From the NCBI GenBank assembly GCA_945860865.1, contig CAMARW010000005.1, positions 4,364 to 68,363 on the forward strand: 64,000 nt of DNA, read 5' to 3'. Every line of letters starts with the position of its first letter. The first letter of the stretch is position 1. This DNA is from Chitinophaga pinensis. GTDB lineage: Bacteria > Bacteroidota > Bacteroidia > UKL13-3. The position numbers and the translations under genes are program-made. This document shows, piece after piece, positions 10,134 through 20,680 of this stretch. The notes beneath the pieces were generated by a model. The model was not told the origin of the DNA. It saw only the letters and a program-made list of their open reading frames with translations, and made no database searches.

Positions 10134-11117
10134 ATGGCAAAAGTAACAATAGACGGTAGAACAATTGAGGTTCCAGATGGAACTACCATCTTGCAGGCAG
10201 CAAGAATGATTGGGCCAGAAGTGGCGCCGCCAACCATGTGCTATTATAGCAAACTTAAAACCAGTGGTGGGTATTGCCGTACCTGCTTGGTTGAGGTAAC
10301 AAAAGGTTCTGAAAAAGACCCAAGGCCAATGCCCAAATTGGTAGCTTCTTGCCGAACCAATGTAATGGATGGCATGGAGGTTGGTAATGTAACTTCGCCT
10401 AAGGTAACAGAAGCCAGAAAGGGTGTGGTAGAATTCTTATTATTAAACCATCCACTCGATTGCCCTATCTGCGACCAAGCGGGCGAGTGCCATTTGCAAG
10501 ACCTTTCTTATGAGCATGGGTCAAGTAAAACCCGTACCGATTTTGAACGCAGAACTTTCGAAAAAATAGATATCGGCGAAAAAATTCAGTTACACATGAC
10601 GCGTTGTATCCTCTGCTACCGTTGTGTAAAAGTAGCCAATCAAATTACCGATGGTAGGGTACATGGAGTTATCAATCGTGGCGACCATTCTGAAATTTCT
10701 ACCTATGTGCAACAAGCTGTAGATAATGATTTCTCGGGTAACGTAATTGATGTTTGTCCGGTTGGCGCCCTTACAGATAAAACTTTTAGGTTTAAAAGTA
10801 GAGTATGGTTTACAAAGCCAGTGAATGCCCATAGAAATTGCGAAAAGTGCAGCGGCAAAGTGAATCTTTGGTATAAGGGTGAAGAAGTTTTGCGCGTTAC
10901 GGGTAGAAAAGATCAGTGGGGAGAGGTAGAAGAGTTTATCTGTAATACGTGTAGGTTCGACAAGAAAAATACCAGTGATTGGACCGTAGAAGGTCCTACT
11001 GCTGTGAATAGGCATTCTGTTATTTCTGCTAATCATTATGAGGTTTTTAAGCAGCCAACTGAGTTTAAGTTAAATGTGGTTAAACCTTTATCTATAGAAG
11101 AAGGAGAGCAAGCATGA
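10134..11117 (+). CDS. nuoG: NADH-quinone oxidoreductase subunit G (short form)
   Basis: 327 aa. It has an N-terminal 2Fe-2S ferredoxin domain plus 4Fe-4S cysteine clusters, and lacks the C-terminal molybdopterin-like domain, as is typical of Bacteroidota. Confidence 0.88.
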   Translation: MAKVTIDGRTIEVPDGTTILQAARMIGPEVAPPTMCYYSKLKTSGGYCRTCLVEVTKGSEKDPRPMPKLVASCRTNVMDGMEVGNVTSPKVTEARKGVVEFLLLNHPLDCPICDQAGECHLQDLSYEHGSSKTRTDFERRTFEKIDIGEKIQLHMTRCILCYRCVKVANQITDGRVHGVINRGDHSEISTYVQQAVDNDFSGNVIDVCPVGALTDKTFRFKSRVWFTKPVNAHRNCEKCSGKVNLWYKGEEVLRVTGRKDQWGEVEEFICNTCRFDKKNTSDWTVEGPTAVNRHSVISANHYEVFKQPTEFKLNVVKPLSIEEGEQA

Positions 11118-12178
11118 GTGTAGTTTTATTTAAAGCCATATTGGTTGTTTTGTTGTTTTTAATTAGCTTAGGAATTGCTGCCTACAGCACCTACGCCGAG
11201 AGAAAGGTTGCCGCTTTTTTGCAAGATAGAATTGGCCCAGATAGAGCAGGTCCGTTTGGTTTATTGCAGCCCATTGCAGATGGTGTGAAGATGTTTTTAA
11301 AGGAAGAAATTATTCCTACCCTATCTGATAAATTTCTATTTATCCTTGGCCCAAGTATTTTTATGGTTACCACGCTTATGGTTTCTGCGGTTATCCCATG
11401 GGGAATGCCGCTAGAGTTTGGTGGAGAAATATATGCCTTGCAAGTTGCCGATATAAACATTGGTATTTTATATATTCTGGGGGTTGTTTCTTTGGGTGTT
11501 TATGGTATTATGATTGGAGGCTGGGCTTCTAATAATAAATATGCTTTATTGGGTGCCATTCGCGCTAGTAGCCAAATGATTAGTTATGAATTGGCAATGG
11601 GTATGAGTGTGGTGGCCATTTTATTAATGACCAATGGTTCATTAAGTTTAAACAATATTGTTGAAGCGCAAGGAACAGGAAAGCTTTATGGCTTTATTAA
11701 TGTTTCTGGCATGAACTGGAACGTGTTTTACCAACCCGTTGCCTTTTTAATATTTTTAATTTGTGCTTTTGCCGAAGCCAATAGAACACCTTTTGATTTA
11801 CCTGAATCGGAATCTGAATTAATTGGAGGTTTCCATACAGAATACTCTTCTATGAAACTGGGATTGTACTTATTTGGAGAATACATTAACATGTTTATCT
11901 CTTCTGCAGTTATCTCTTGCTTGTTCTTTGGCGGTTATAATTTTCCTGGAATAGATTATTTAGGAACTATTTTGCCTCATAATATTGTAAGTATCATTAG
12001 CTTATTAGTGATGTTTGGTAAGATATTTTTCTTCATATTTTTGTTTATGTGGGTTCGTTGGACAATCCCGAGGTTTCGTTACGATCAATTGATGCGCTTG
12101 GGTTGGCAAATATTAATGCCAATTGCCATTGTAAATGTTCTATTAACCGCAGCCGCCATTACACTTTTTGGAAATTAA
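11114..12178 (+). CDS. nuoH: NADH-quinone oxidoreductase subunit H
   Basis: 354 aa, polytopic membrane protein of the ND1 family. Confidence 0.93.
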   Translation: MSVVLFKAILVVLLFLISLGIAAYSTYAERKVAAFLQDRIGPDRAGPFGLLQPIADGVKMFLKEEIIPTLSDKFLFILGPSIFMVTTLMVSAVIPWGMPLEFGGEIYALQVADINIGILYILGVVSLGVYGIMIGGWASNNKYALLGAIRASSQMISYELAMGMSVVAILLMTNGSLSLNNIVEAQGTGKLYGFINVSGMNWNVFYQPVAFLIFLICAFAEANRTPFDLPESESELIGGFHTEYSSMKLGLYLFGEYINMFISSAVISCLFFGGYNFPGIDYLGTILPHNIVSIISLLVMFGKIFFFIFLFMWVRWTIPRFRYDQLMRLGWQILMPIAIVNVLLTAAAITLFGN

Positions 12179-12200
12179 TTAATCCTGAACCAAACGTTTT

Positions 12201-12731
12201 ATGCAATTAACAAATAGATCAAAAGTAGTTACCCAACCAGAAATGACCTGGGTAGAAAAGTTATATTTACCAGCCATTTTCTCTGGTTTACAAATTACTA
12301 TAAAGCACCTTTTTAGAAAGAAGGCAACACTTAAATACCCAGAGGTTCAAAAGGCTTTTGCGCCTGTTTACAGGGGTATGCACGTGTTAAAGCGCGATGA
12401 ACAAGGTAGAGAAAATTGTACCGCTTGTGGCTTGTGCGCTGTATCTTGTCCGGCCGAAGCCATTACAATGGATGCCGCCGAGCGCAAAAAAGGGGAAGAA
12501 CATTTGTACCGCGAAGAAAAATATGCAGCCAAATATGAAATAAACATGCTGCGTTGCATTTATTGCGGATTATGCGAAGAGGCTTGTCCAAAAGATGCAA
12601 TTTACCTTACTGATAGAATTGTTCCTTCAGAGTATACACGCGGCGAATTTGTGTTTGGGAAAGATATGCTCGTTGAGAAAATAGAGGAAAGAGTAGATAT
12701 TAGTAAAAGGCAAAAAAATTATACTATTTAA
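12201..12731 (+). CDS. nuoI: NADH-quinone oxidoreductase subunit I
   Basis: 176 aa with two CxxCxxCxxxCP ferredoxin motifs. Confidence 0.92.
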   Translation: MQLTNRSKVVTQPEMTWVEKLYLPAIFSGLQITIKHLFRKKATLKYPEVQKAFAPVYRGMHVLKRDEQGRENCTACGLCAVSCPAEAITMDAAERKKGEEHLYREEKYAAKYEINMLRCIYCGLCEEACPKDAIYLTDRIVPSEYTRGEFVFGKDMLVEKIEERVDISKRQKNYTI

Positions 12732-12772
12732 GCTGTTGTTAAAACGGTAAACCTAATGATAAAGAATCTGTA

Positions 12773-13273
12773 ATGAATAGTCAAATAATATTTTTTATAC
12801 TGGCAGCGCTCTCAATTATGAGTGCCCTGTTTGTTGTGTTTTCTAAGAATCCTATCTATAGTGTAATATGGCTTATTGTGTGTTTTTTTACCATAGCTGG
12901 TCACTATATTATGCTTAATGCCCAATTTTTAGCTATTGTGCATATCATAGTTTATGCCGGTGCCATTATGGTATTGATGCTATTTACGGTAATGTTACTC
13001 AATCTAAATAAGGCAACCGAACCGCATAAACCTTTGTTGTATAAGGTTGCAGCCATGGTAAGTGGTGGCTTAATGTTGTTGGTTTTGTTGGCCAGTATGC
13101 GCTCTACAGAATTGGGTCCTTATGCTGCACCTGCCTATTCAGAATCTGGCTTTGTGCAGAATGTGGGTATGGTTTTATTTACAGAGTTTTTATTGCCCTT
13201 TGAGATGACATCGGTATTGTTTATTGCAGCCATGATTGGTGCAGTTGTTTTAGCTAAAAAGGAGATTCATTAA
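12773..13273 (+). CDS. nuoJ: NADH-quinone oxidoreductase subunit J
   Basis: 166 aa, hydrophobic. Called by its position in the operon and its ND6-like sequence. Confidence 0.85.
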   Translation: MNSQIIFFILAALSIMSALFVVFSKNPIYSVIWLIVCFFTIAGHYIMLNAQFLAIVHIIVYAGAIMVLMLFTVMLLNLNKATEPHKPLLYKVAAMVSGGLMLLVLLASMRSTELGPYAAPAYSESGFVQNVGMVLFTEFLLPFEMTSVLFIAAMIGAVVLAKKEIH

Positions 13274-13596
13274 TGGAAACAAATATGTTACAAGCAAATC
13301 CGCAAAATTGGTATTTGGTATTAAGCACCATACTTTTTTCTATTGGAGTGATGGGTGTTTTAATGCGTAGAAATGCACTAATTATTCTCATGTGTATTGA
13401 GTTAATGCTTAATTCTGTAAACTTACTTTTGGTTAGTTTTTCTGCTTATGCGGGTAATTCTGAGGGACAAGTTTTTGTGTTCTTTATTATGGTGGTGGCA
13501 GCAGCAGAAGTGGCCGTTGGATTAGCCTTATTGGTTAGTATTTACCGCAACTTGGCTACCACAGATATTGATGTACTAAGCAAATTAAAATGGTAG
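13273..13596 (+). CDS. nuoK: NADH-quinone oxidoreductase subunit K
   Basis: 107 aa with three transmembrane segments (ND4L-like). Confidence 0.9.
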   Translation: METNMLQANPQNWYLVLSTILFSIGVMGVLMRRNALIILMCIELMLNSVNLLLVSFSAYAGNSEGQVFVFFIMVVAAAEVAVGLALLVSIYRNLATTDIDVLSKLKW

Positions 13597-13612
13597 GAGC
13601 ATTTAATTTATA

Positions 13613-15538
13613 ATGATGGAAAACTTATTAGAACTTACAAATTTAATTGCCCCTGCTACCTGGGTGCCTTTGTTTCCCTTGATTGGATTTTTAATAATTG
13701 CCTTATTTGGCAAACAACTAAAATCTGTTTCGGGCTGGTTGGCAAGCGCCATGATACTCGTTTCTTTTGCACTCACCTGCTATTTATTTCTCAATTTACC
13801 CGATAATAAAGATTTAAACTTCGAACTATTTCAATGGATGAAGTGGGGAAATATAACCTTGTCATTTGGCTGGTTGATTGATCATTTGTCGCTGGTAATG
13901 ATGCTCGTAATTACTGGTATTGGATTTTTAATTCACCTGTATTCTATTGGTTACATGCACCACGATGAGGGTTTTAGTCGCTTCTTCTCTTACCTGAACC
14001 TATTTATTTTCTTCATGCTTTTATTGGTAATGGGAAATAGCTACCTCATTATGTTTATTGGTTGGGAGGGTGTAGGTTTAGCCTCTTACTTATTAATTGG
14101 CTTTTGGTTTAAAAATGATGCGTATAATGATGCCGCTAAAAAGGCATTTATTATGAACCGAATAGGAGATTTAGGTTTCTTATTAGCCATGTTCTTTATG
14201 TTGTTTCATTTTGGTGGATTAGATTACCTTACTGTTAATGAAGCTGCTAGTAAATTAGGATTAGGTACGCTATTAATTACATCCATTACTTTATTGCTTT
14301 TTGTAGGTGCTATGGGCAAGAGTGCACAAATTCCTTTGTATACTTGGTTGCCAGATGCAATGGCCGGACCAACACCCGTATCTGCTTTAATACACGCAGC
14401 AACCATGGTTACGGCTGGTATTTATATGATTGCCCGTTCTAATATCTTGTTTGCCATGGCTCCACATACAATGGATGTGGTAATGTGGGTAGGTGTGGCC
14501 ACATCTATTTTTGCAGCCGTTATAGGCATGAAACAAAATGATATCAAGAAAGTATTGGCTTATTCAACTGTTTCGCAGCTTGGATTAATGTTTGCCGCAC
14601 TCGGAATGGGTGCTTTTGAAAGCGGTATGTTCCATGTGGTAACACACGCATTCTTTAAGGCATTATTATTCCTAGGTGCCGGTTCTGTAATACACGCCAT
14701 GAGCGGCGAACAAGATATCAGAAACATGGGTGGTTTGTCTAAATATATCAAACTTACTTGGTTTACCTTCTTAATTGGTACCCTTGCTATTTCTGGAATA
14801 TTTCCGTTTTCTGGGTTCTTCTCTAAAGATGAGATTTTGGCCAATGCCTTCAACGGACATACATTGGTTTGGATACTTTTAAGTATTAGTTCTATGATGA
14901 CAGCCTTTTACATGTTTAGGTTGTTTTTCTTAACTTTTAGCAGAGATTTTAGAGGTACCGAAGACCAGAAATCGCATTTGCATGAATCTCCATGGACCAT
15001 GACTGTTCCATTAATTGTATTATCTGTTTTTGCTGTTATTGCAGGATTTTGGGGATTGCCGGTGGTGTTTTCAGAAACACATGTATTTGCTAATTATTTA
15101 GCACCCATTTTTGCAGAATCAAAGAATATTTTAACGGCACATGCCCATTTAGACCATAGCACAGAATGGATGTTAATGGGTATTGCCACCCTAGCAGCTT
15201 TAATGAGCATTGGTTTAGCCTACTACTTTTACATACAATCTAAGTTATTGCCTGAACCAGATGCAGAAACCAAAGGATTTGCCAAATGGGTAGCAGATAA
15301 GTTTTACATAGATGAGCTTTATGATAAAGTATTTGTAAGACCCATGATGGTGTTGAGTGATTTATTCTATGTATTGGTAGATAAATTGGTGGTAGATTTA
15401 TTAGTAATGGCCAGTGCCTGGATTGTTGGTTTTACCGGAAGAACCATTCGTTTGGTTCAAACCGGAAATACGGGTTTGTATTTGTTTTTGATGGTTATTG
15501 GAATGATGGTTTTTATGTTTATTCAATTAGTGTATTAA
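13613..15538 (+). CDS. nuoL: NADH-quinone oxidoreductase subunit L
   Basis: 641 aa, an ND5-family antiporter-like subunit. Confidence 0.93.
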   Translation: MMENLLELTNLIAPATWVPLFPLIGFLIIALFGKQLKSVSGWLASAMILVSFALTCYLFLNLPDNKDLNFELFQWMKWGNITLSFGWLIDHLSLVMMLVITGIGFLIHLYSIGYMHHDEGFSRFFSYLNLFIFFMLLLVMGNSYLIMFIGWEGVGLASYLLIGFWFKNDAYNDAAKKAFIMNRIGDLGFLLAMFFMLFHFGGLDYLTVNEAASKLGLGTLLITSITLLLFVGAMGKSAQIPLYTWLPDAMAGPTPVSALIHAATMVTAGIYMIARSNILFAMAPHTMDVVMWVGVATSIFAAVIGMKQNDIKKVLAYSTVSQLGLMFAALGMGAFESGMFHVVTHAFFKALLFLGAGSVIHAMSGEQDIRNMGGLSKYIKLTWFTFLIGTLAISGIFPFSGFFSKDEILANAFNGHTLVWILLSISSMMTAFYMFRLFFLTFSRDFRGTEDQKSHLHESPWTMTVPLIVLSVFAVIAGFWGLPVVFSETHVFANYLAPIFAESKNILTAHAHLDHSTEWMLMGIATLAALMSIGLAYYFYIQSKLLPEPDAETKGFAKWVADKFYIDELYDKVFVRPMMVLSDLFYVLVDKLVVDLLVMASAWIVGFTGRTIRLVQTGNTGLYLFLMVIGMMVFMFIQLVY

Positions 15539-16972
15539 ATGCTTAGTTTAACTCTTTTATCTATACCGCTGATTGCTGCCATCCTGTTATTGTTTAGCAG
15601 GGGCAATCTAAGCCGAAACCTGGCCTTGGTGTTTACCTTGGTGCAATTGGTTTTTACCGTTTACGCCTATACGGTGTTTAAAAATGAAGGCGCACAAGCT
15701 TTTGAGTTTCTCGCTAGCTGGTCGGTTAAGCCTGTGCTAAACATACATTTTGCTATGGATGGCATGAGCTTGGTTATGATTATGCTCACCAATTTACTAT
15801 TGCCACTTATTGTATTAAGCGGATATAACCGCGAATTGGAGCGTGCACACATATTTTACAGTTTAATGCTGTTTATGCAATTTGCTTTAAATGGTGTGTT
15901 CATTTCATTTGATGGATTTATTTACTATATCTTCTGGGAATTAGCGCTAATCCCTATTTATTTTATCTCTTTTAATTGGGGAGGAGAGGGTAGAGCCAAG
16001 GTTACATTAAAGTTCTTTATATACACCTTAGCGGGTAGTTTATTGATGCTTTTTGCCTTCTTGTTTTTATACAATGGTACTCCGCAACACTCACTAGATT
16101 GGGGTTTTTTAAGCTCAAATCCGTCTTGTAGTTGTAACCAAACTTGGTTGTTTTGGCTGTTTTTTATTGCCTTTGCCATTAAAATTCCTATCATTCCTTT
16201 TCATACTTGGCAGCCAGATACCTATGCAACTGCGCCCACACAAGGTACGATGTTGTTATCGGGTATTATGCTTAAAATGGGTACCTATAGTTTGTTGCGT
16301 TGGTTGCTACCAATAGTTCCGGCAGGTGTAGCAGAGTGGCAATATGTAGCTATTACATTAAGTGTAATTGGAATCGTTTATGCCTCGGTAATAGCCATTA
16401 TGCAAAAAGACTTAAAGCGTTTATTGGCTTACTCATCTATTGCCCACGTTGGCTTAATTAGTGCAGGTATTTTTGCTTTCAACCTAAGCGGATTTCAAGG
16501 TAGCATGGTGCAAATGTTTGCTCATGGTATTAATGTGGTAGGTTTATTTTATTGTGCAGATATTATTATGAACCGAACCAAACACGGCGAAATAGAAGGC
16601 TTAGGCGGTATCAGATTGGTAGCGCCGCAATTTGCAACTTGGTTTATGATTATTATTTTAGGTTCGGTTGCCTTGCCATTAACCAATGGATTTGTAGGGG
16701 AGTTTATGCTTTTGTTTAGCGTTTACCAATACAATACTTGGCTCGCTGTTTTTGCTGGTTTAACCATTATTTTAGGTGCCGTTTACATGTTACGTATGTA
16801 CCAGAAAATGGTTTTAGGTTCAGCCATTAAAGAAAATATGGTTTTTCCGGATTTATATTGGAACGAAAAAATTGTTTTGGTAACCATCGGTATATTAATT
16901 TTTGTGATGGGTATTTTTCCTAGACCAATCATGGAGCTTACAGAACCAGTTTTGAAAAACTTAATTAAATAA
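15539..16972 (+). CDS. nuoM: NADH-quinone oxidoreductase subunit M
   Basis: 477 aa, ND4 family. Confidence 0.93.
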   Translation: MLSLTLLSIPLIAAILLLFSRGNLSRNLALVFTLVQLVFTVYAYTVFKNEGAQAFEFLASWSVKPVLNIHFAMDGMSLVMIMLTNLLLPLIVLSGYNRELERAHIFYSLMLFMQFALNGVFISFDGFIYYIFWELALIPIYFISFNWGGEGRAKVTLKFFIYTLAGSLLMLFAFLFLYNGTPQHSLDWGFLSSNPSCSCNQTWLFWLFFIAFAIKIPIIPFHTWQPDTYATAPTQGTMLLSGIMLKMGTYSLLRWLLPIVPAGVAEWQYVAITLSVIGIVYASVIAIMQKDLKRLLAYSSIAHVGLISAGIFAFNLSGFQGSMVQMFAHGINVVGLFYCADIIMNRTKHGEIEGLGGIRLVAPQFATWFMIIILGSVALPLTNGFVGEFMLLFSVYQYNTWLAVFAGLTIILGAVYMLRMYQKMVLGSAIKENMVFPDLYWNEKIVLVTIGILIFVMGIFPRPIMELTEPVLKNLIK

Positions 16973-16978
16973 CACCAC

Positions 16979-18355
16979 GTGAATACATTAATCTATACAG
17001 CAATATTGGGATTTCTTTGCATGGTGCTCGAAATCTTTAATGTAAGAAAACTCATTGTGCCAGCATTAGTGCTTGGTTTAGCATTAATTTTTGGCTTGAA
17101 CCTAAACGATTGGAATAGCAACCAAAGTTTCTTTAATAACATGGTTCGCATTGATAATTTTTCGGTGGCATTTAGTGGCTTGGCCATTTTTGTAACGCTA
17201 CTTATTTTTATAATGGCAACCGATTTTTATGCAGAAGACCAAAATCACATCAGCGATTATATGTCTATACTTACCTTTATTTTGGTAGGCGCCCTGATGA
17301 TGTTTAACTATGCTAATTTAACTATGTTGTTTTTGGGTATCGAAACTTTGTCTATCGCTTTATATGTGATGGCCGGTAGCAAAAGATTTGATATTCGTTC
17401 TAATGAGGCCGGTTTTAAATACTTCCTAATGGGAAGTTTTGCCTCTGGGTTTTTACTTTTTGGTATTGCTTTAATTTTTGGTGCTAGTGGTAGTTTTGAT
17501 TTAGCAAAAATTGCTGATTATACCATTCAGAACCAGCAAAACATTTCTCCATTGTTCTATACAGGCATGTTCTTGGTTGTTTTTGCCATGTTATTTAAAG
17601 TATCTGCCGCTCCTTTTCATTTTTGGGCCCCAGATGTATACCATGGTTCTCCTGCTTTAGTTACAGCCTACATGAGCACTTTGGTAAAGATTGCAGCATT
17701 TGCCGCTTTTTATAAGCTCATGAGCACCACTTTCTTTTATTCTTTCGAAAAAATAGCTCCTGTTTTAAATGTTGTAGCCATTATAACTTTGGCTGTAGGT
17801 AATTTAATGGCTTTATCGCAAACTAATTTTAAGCGCCTTTTGGCTTACTCAGGTATTTCCCATGCGGGGTATTTGATGTTGGTTATATTAACAGCTAAAA
17901 ATCAAACGGCTGGAGCTTTATTTTACTATTCGTTGGCCTATGCATTGATTACTTTAGCTGCATTTGCGGTGGCCATACCTGTTTTTAAAGCAGCCAATTC
18001 AGAAGATATTGATGCCTTTAATGGCTTAGCTAAGAAAAATCCTATGCATGCTGCCGCACTTAGTATGGCAATGATTGGTTTAGCGGGTATACCTCCATTC
18101 GCAGGTTTTTTGGGTAAATACTATATTTTTACAGAAGCTTTACAAAGCGGGTATTTTTACACTACGCTTGTAGCCATATTTGCCTCAATGATTGGTGTTT
18201 ACTACTATTTTAAGGTAATCTTAGCTATGTATGGGCAACCAGCTAACGAGTCAAAAATGGAACAATCGTTCAATTATAACCTCGTTTTATGGGTTTGCTT
18301 GGCTTTAAGTGTTGTATTTGGCATTTTCCCTGGACCTATTTTAAACATTTTTTAA
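16979..18355 (+). CDS. nuoN: NADH-quinone oxidoreductase subunit N
   Basis: 458 aa, ND2 family. Last gene of the operon. Confidence 0.9.
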   Translation: MNTLIYTAILGFLCMVLEIFNVRKLIVPALVLGLALIFGLNLNDWNSNQSFFNNMVRIDNFSVAFSGLAIFVTLLIFIMATDFYAEDQNHISDYMSILTFILVGALMMFNYANLTMLFLGIETLSIALYVMAGSKRFDIRSNEAGFKYFLMGSFASGFLLFGIALIFGASGSFDLAKIADYTIQNQQNISPLFYTGMFLVVFAMLFKVSAAPFHFWAPDVYHGSPALVTAYMSTLVKIAAFAAFYKLMSTTFFYSFEKIAPVLNVVAIITLAVGNLMALSQTNFKRLLAYSGISHAGYLMLVILTAKNQTAGALFYYSLAYALITLAAFAVAIPVFKAANSEDIDAFNGLAKKNPMHAAALSMAMIGLAGIPPFAGFLGKYYIFTEALQSGYFYTTLVAIFASMIGVYYYFKVILAMYGQPANESKMEQSFNYNLVLWVCLALSVVFGIFPGPILNIF

Positions 18356-18477
18356 AGATTTTAGCGTTACCCATTTGTATGGAAATTTTAATTCATAATT
18401 AATTAATATATCCATCGACTTGCATATTCATAAATATTGACTTTTTTTGTAACAAATTAATTAAAAACATAATTCTC

Positions 18478-19302
18478 ATGAACAAGGTATCAACACCTCA
18501 GAAACAAAGCTCATTTAAAAGTAATTTTGCAGCTTTTACCATTCCAATCCTAGTAGTTACAGGTATTTTAATTTACAAGTTTGTTTTAGGCAATCCTTCT
18601 AACTTTGAAGGTGGAGATTCAAACAACCATCCAGTTCAAGAAGGAGTAGGTCATATTTTAGGTTTAATTTACAAAGGTGGATTCATTGTGCCAATCTTAT
18701 TATCGTTGGTTTTAATGAGTATTACTTTCTCTATTGAGCGTTTTTTAACTATCAATAAGGCACAAGGTACTTCAAGCGCAGAATCTTTTGTGCGTAAAGT
18801 ACAAGGTCATTTAAATGCAGGCAACGTGGATGCTGCTATTCAAGAGTGTGATAAGCAAAAAGGTTCTGTAGCCAATGTGGTTCGTGCCGCTTTAAATAAG
18901 TATAAAGAAATGGAAGGTAAATCTGATATGGATACCGACCATAAAATATTAGCCATCCAAAAAGAATTAGAAGAAGCTACAACATTAGAATTACCAATGT
19001 TAGAAAAGAACTTGGTAATTATCGCAACCATGGCTTCGGTTTCTACTTTGATCGCTTTATTAGGAACGGTAATTGGTATGATCAAGGCTTTCTCGGCTTT
19101 AGGTACTGGTGGAGCTCCAGATTCGGTTGGTTTAGCAAATGGTATCTCTGAAGCTTTAATTAACACAGCTTTGGGTATTGGTAACTCAGCTGTAGCTATT
19201 ATCATGTACAATGTGTTTACCACTAAAATTGATAAAATTACATTTACAATTGATGAGGCAGGTTATAGCATTGTGCAAACATTTGCTGAAAAGCATAAAT
19301 AA
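18478..19302 (+). CDS. exbB: MotA/TolQ/ExbB proton-channel family protein
   Basis: 274 aa. Three transmembrane segments and a conserved C-terminal ExbB/TolQ region. It heads an exbB-exbD-exbD-tonB cluster. Confidence 0.85.
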   Translation: MNKVSTPQKQSSFKSNFAAFTIPILVVTGILIYKFVLGNPSNFEGGDSNNHPVQEGVGHILGLIYKGGFIVPILLSLVLMSITFSIERFLTINKAQGTSSAESFVRKVQGHLNAGNVDAAIQECDKQKGSVANVVRAALNKYKEMEGKSDMDTDHKILAIQKELEEATTLELPMLEKNLVIIATMASVSTLIALLGTVIGMIKAFSALGTGGAPDSVGLANGISEALINTALGIGNSAVAIIMYNVFTTKIDKITFTIDEAGYSIVQTFAEKHK

Positions 19303-19374
19303 ATTGCATTTTGGTTTGAACCCAAATGTTCTGTATTCAATTGATTCTAAATAATAATTTTAAAATAAAATACT

Positions 19375-19980
19375 ATGCCAAAGGTTAAAGTACCTCGTAA
19401 AAGTACCACGGTAGATATGACAGCCATGACGGATGTGGCTTTCTTGCTACTTACGTTCTTTATGTTGGCTACCCAATTCAAACCTGATGAGCCTGTAACG
19501 GTTAATGCACCTTCATCGGTAGCAGAGGTTCCTATTCCAGATGTAGATATCATGACTATCACCATTAGTGAAGATAGCAGGGTTTTCTTTAGCATGGAAG
19601 GACAACAGTATAAGCAAGAGTTAATTCAAAAAATGAGCGCTTTAAAACAAGTGCCATTCACCAATGAAGAGATAAAAGCATTTTCATTAATGTCGAGTTT
19701 TGGTGTTCCTTTTTCTCAATTAAAAGAACTCTTGGCTGTTAAATCTGAAGACCGTGCAAAATATAACCAAAGTGGTATTCCGTGCGATTCGTTAAATAAT
19801 GAATTGGGCGATTGGATATGGCAGGCTCGTTTGTCGAACAATAAAGTAAGGGTTGCTATCAAAGGCGATCAAAATTCAAATTTCCCTGTAATTAAGCAAG
19901 TAATTGCAACACTTCAGGAGAAAAAAGTTAATAGGTTTAATTTTATCACCAACATGTCTACCGAGGCAGTTGAACAATAA
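19375..19980 (+). CDS. exbD: biopolymer transporter ExbD/TolR
   Basis: 201 aa. N-terminal ExbD signature (TAMTDVAFLLLTFFM). Confidence 0.8.
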   Translation: MPKVKVPRKSTTVDMTAMTDVAFLLLTFFMLATQFKPDEPVTVNAPSSVAEVPIPDVDIMTITISEDSRVFFSMEGQQYKQELIQKMSALKQVPFTNEEIKAFSLMSSFGVPFSQLKELLAVKSEDRAKYNQSGIPCDSLNNELGDWIWQARLSNNKVRVAIKGDQNSNFPVIKQVIATLQEKKVNRFNFITNMSTEAVEQ

Positions 19981-19989
19981 TAAAAGCAA

Positions 19990-20679
19990 ATGGCAGAAAT
20001 AGAAGGCGGCGGCGGTGGTGGCCATAAAAAAGGTGGGAAACCAAAAGGGAAGAAAATGTCTACGCGTGTAGACTTTACTCCCATGGTAGATTTGGGCTTC
20101 TTGCTCATTACCTTCTTTATGTTAACAACCTCCATGAGTAAGCCAAAAACCATGGAAATTAACATGCCTGTAAAGGATGTTGAAGAAATACAAAAACAAA
20201 AAGTAAAGGCATCCCAAGCCATCACTTTATTGTTAGCTGAGAACGACCAAATCGTTTACTACTTTATTAATGAAACTACAGGAGAGCCAGAAACTCCTGT
20301 AATTACCAATTTTGGCAAGGGCGGAATTCGCGCTACCTTGCTTGGTAGAAACAAAGAATTGTTAGATAAAGCTAATAACAATAATTACGATTCTATTCCT
20401 GTTTTAAAGGAAATGTACAAACGTAATGAGATTCCTGAAGATGAGATGAAGCGCAGAATTGCCGGTATCAAAGCCAATAAAGATGCGCTTATCGTAGTTA
20501 TTAAAGCAGATGATAAAGCTAAATACCGCAATTTAGTTGATATATTAGATGAAATGCTTATTTGTAATATTGGTAGGTACGCCATCGTTGATATTAGTGA
20601 TATTGAAATTGATCTAATTAAAACGGCTATGGCTACAACTGCCAGCGCAGCGCCAACCGTAACTCCTAATACCAAATAA
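19990..20679 (+). CDS. exbD: biopolymer transporter ExbD/TolR, second copy
   Basis: 229 aa. ExbD signature (TPMVDLGFLLITFFM) and a glycine- and lysine-rich N-terminus (GGGGGGHKKGGKPKGKK). Confidence 0.8.
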   Translation: MAEIEGGGGGGHKKGGKPKGKKMSTRVDFTPMVDLGFLLITFFMLTTSMSKPKTMEINMPVKDVEEIQKQKVKASQAITLLLAENDQIVYYFINETTGEPETPVITNFGKGGIRATLLGRNKELLDKANNNNYDSIPVLKEMYKRNEIPEDEMKRRIAGIKANKDALIVVIKADDKAKYRNLVDILDEMLICNIGRYAIVDISDIEIDLIKTAMATTASAAPTVTPNTK

Positions 20680-20680
20680 T

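Noticed and set aside
10134-11117. Short NuoG (327 aa) as a possible truncation or pseudogene
   Set aside because: Short NuoG without the molybdopterin-like domain is the normal form in Bacteroidota complex I. The frame is intact and all Fe-S cysteine motifs are present.
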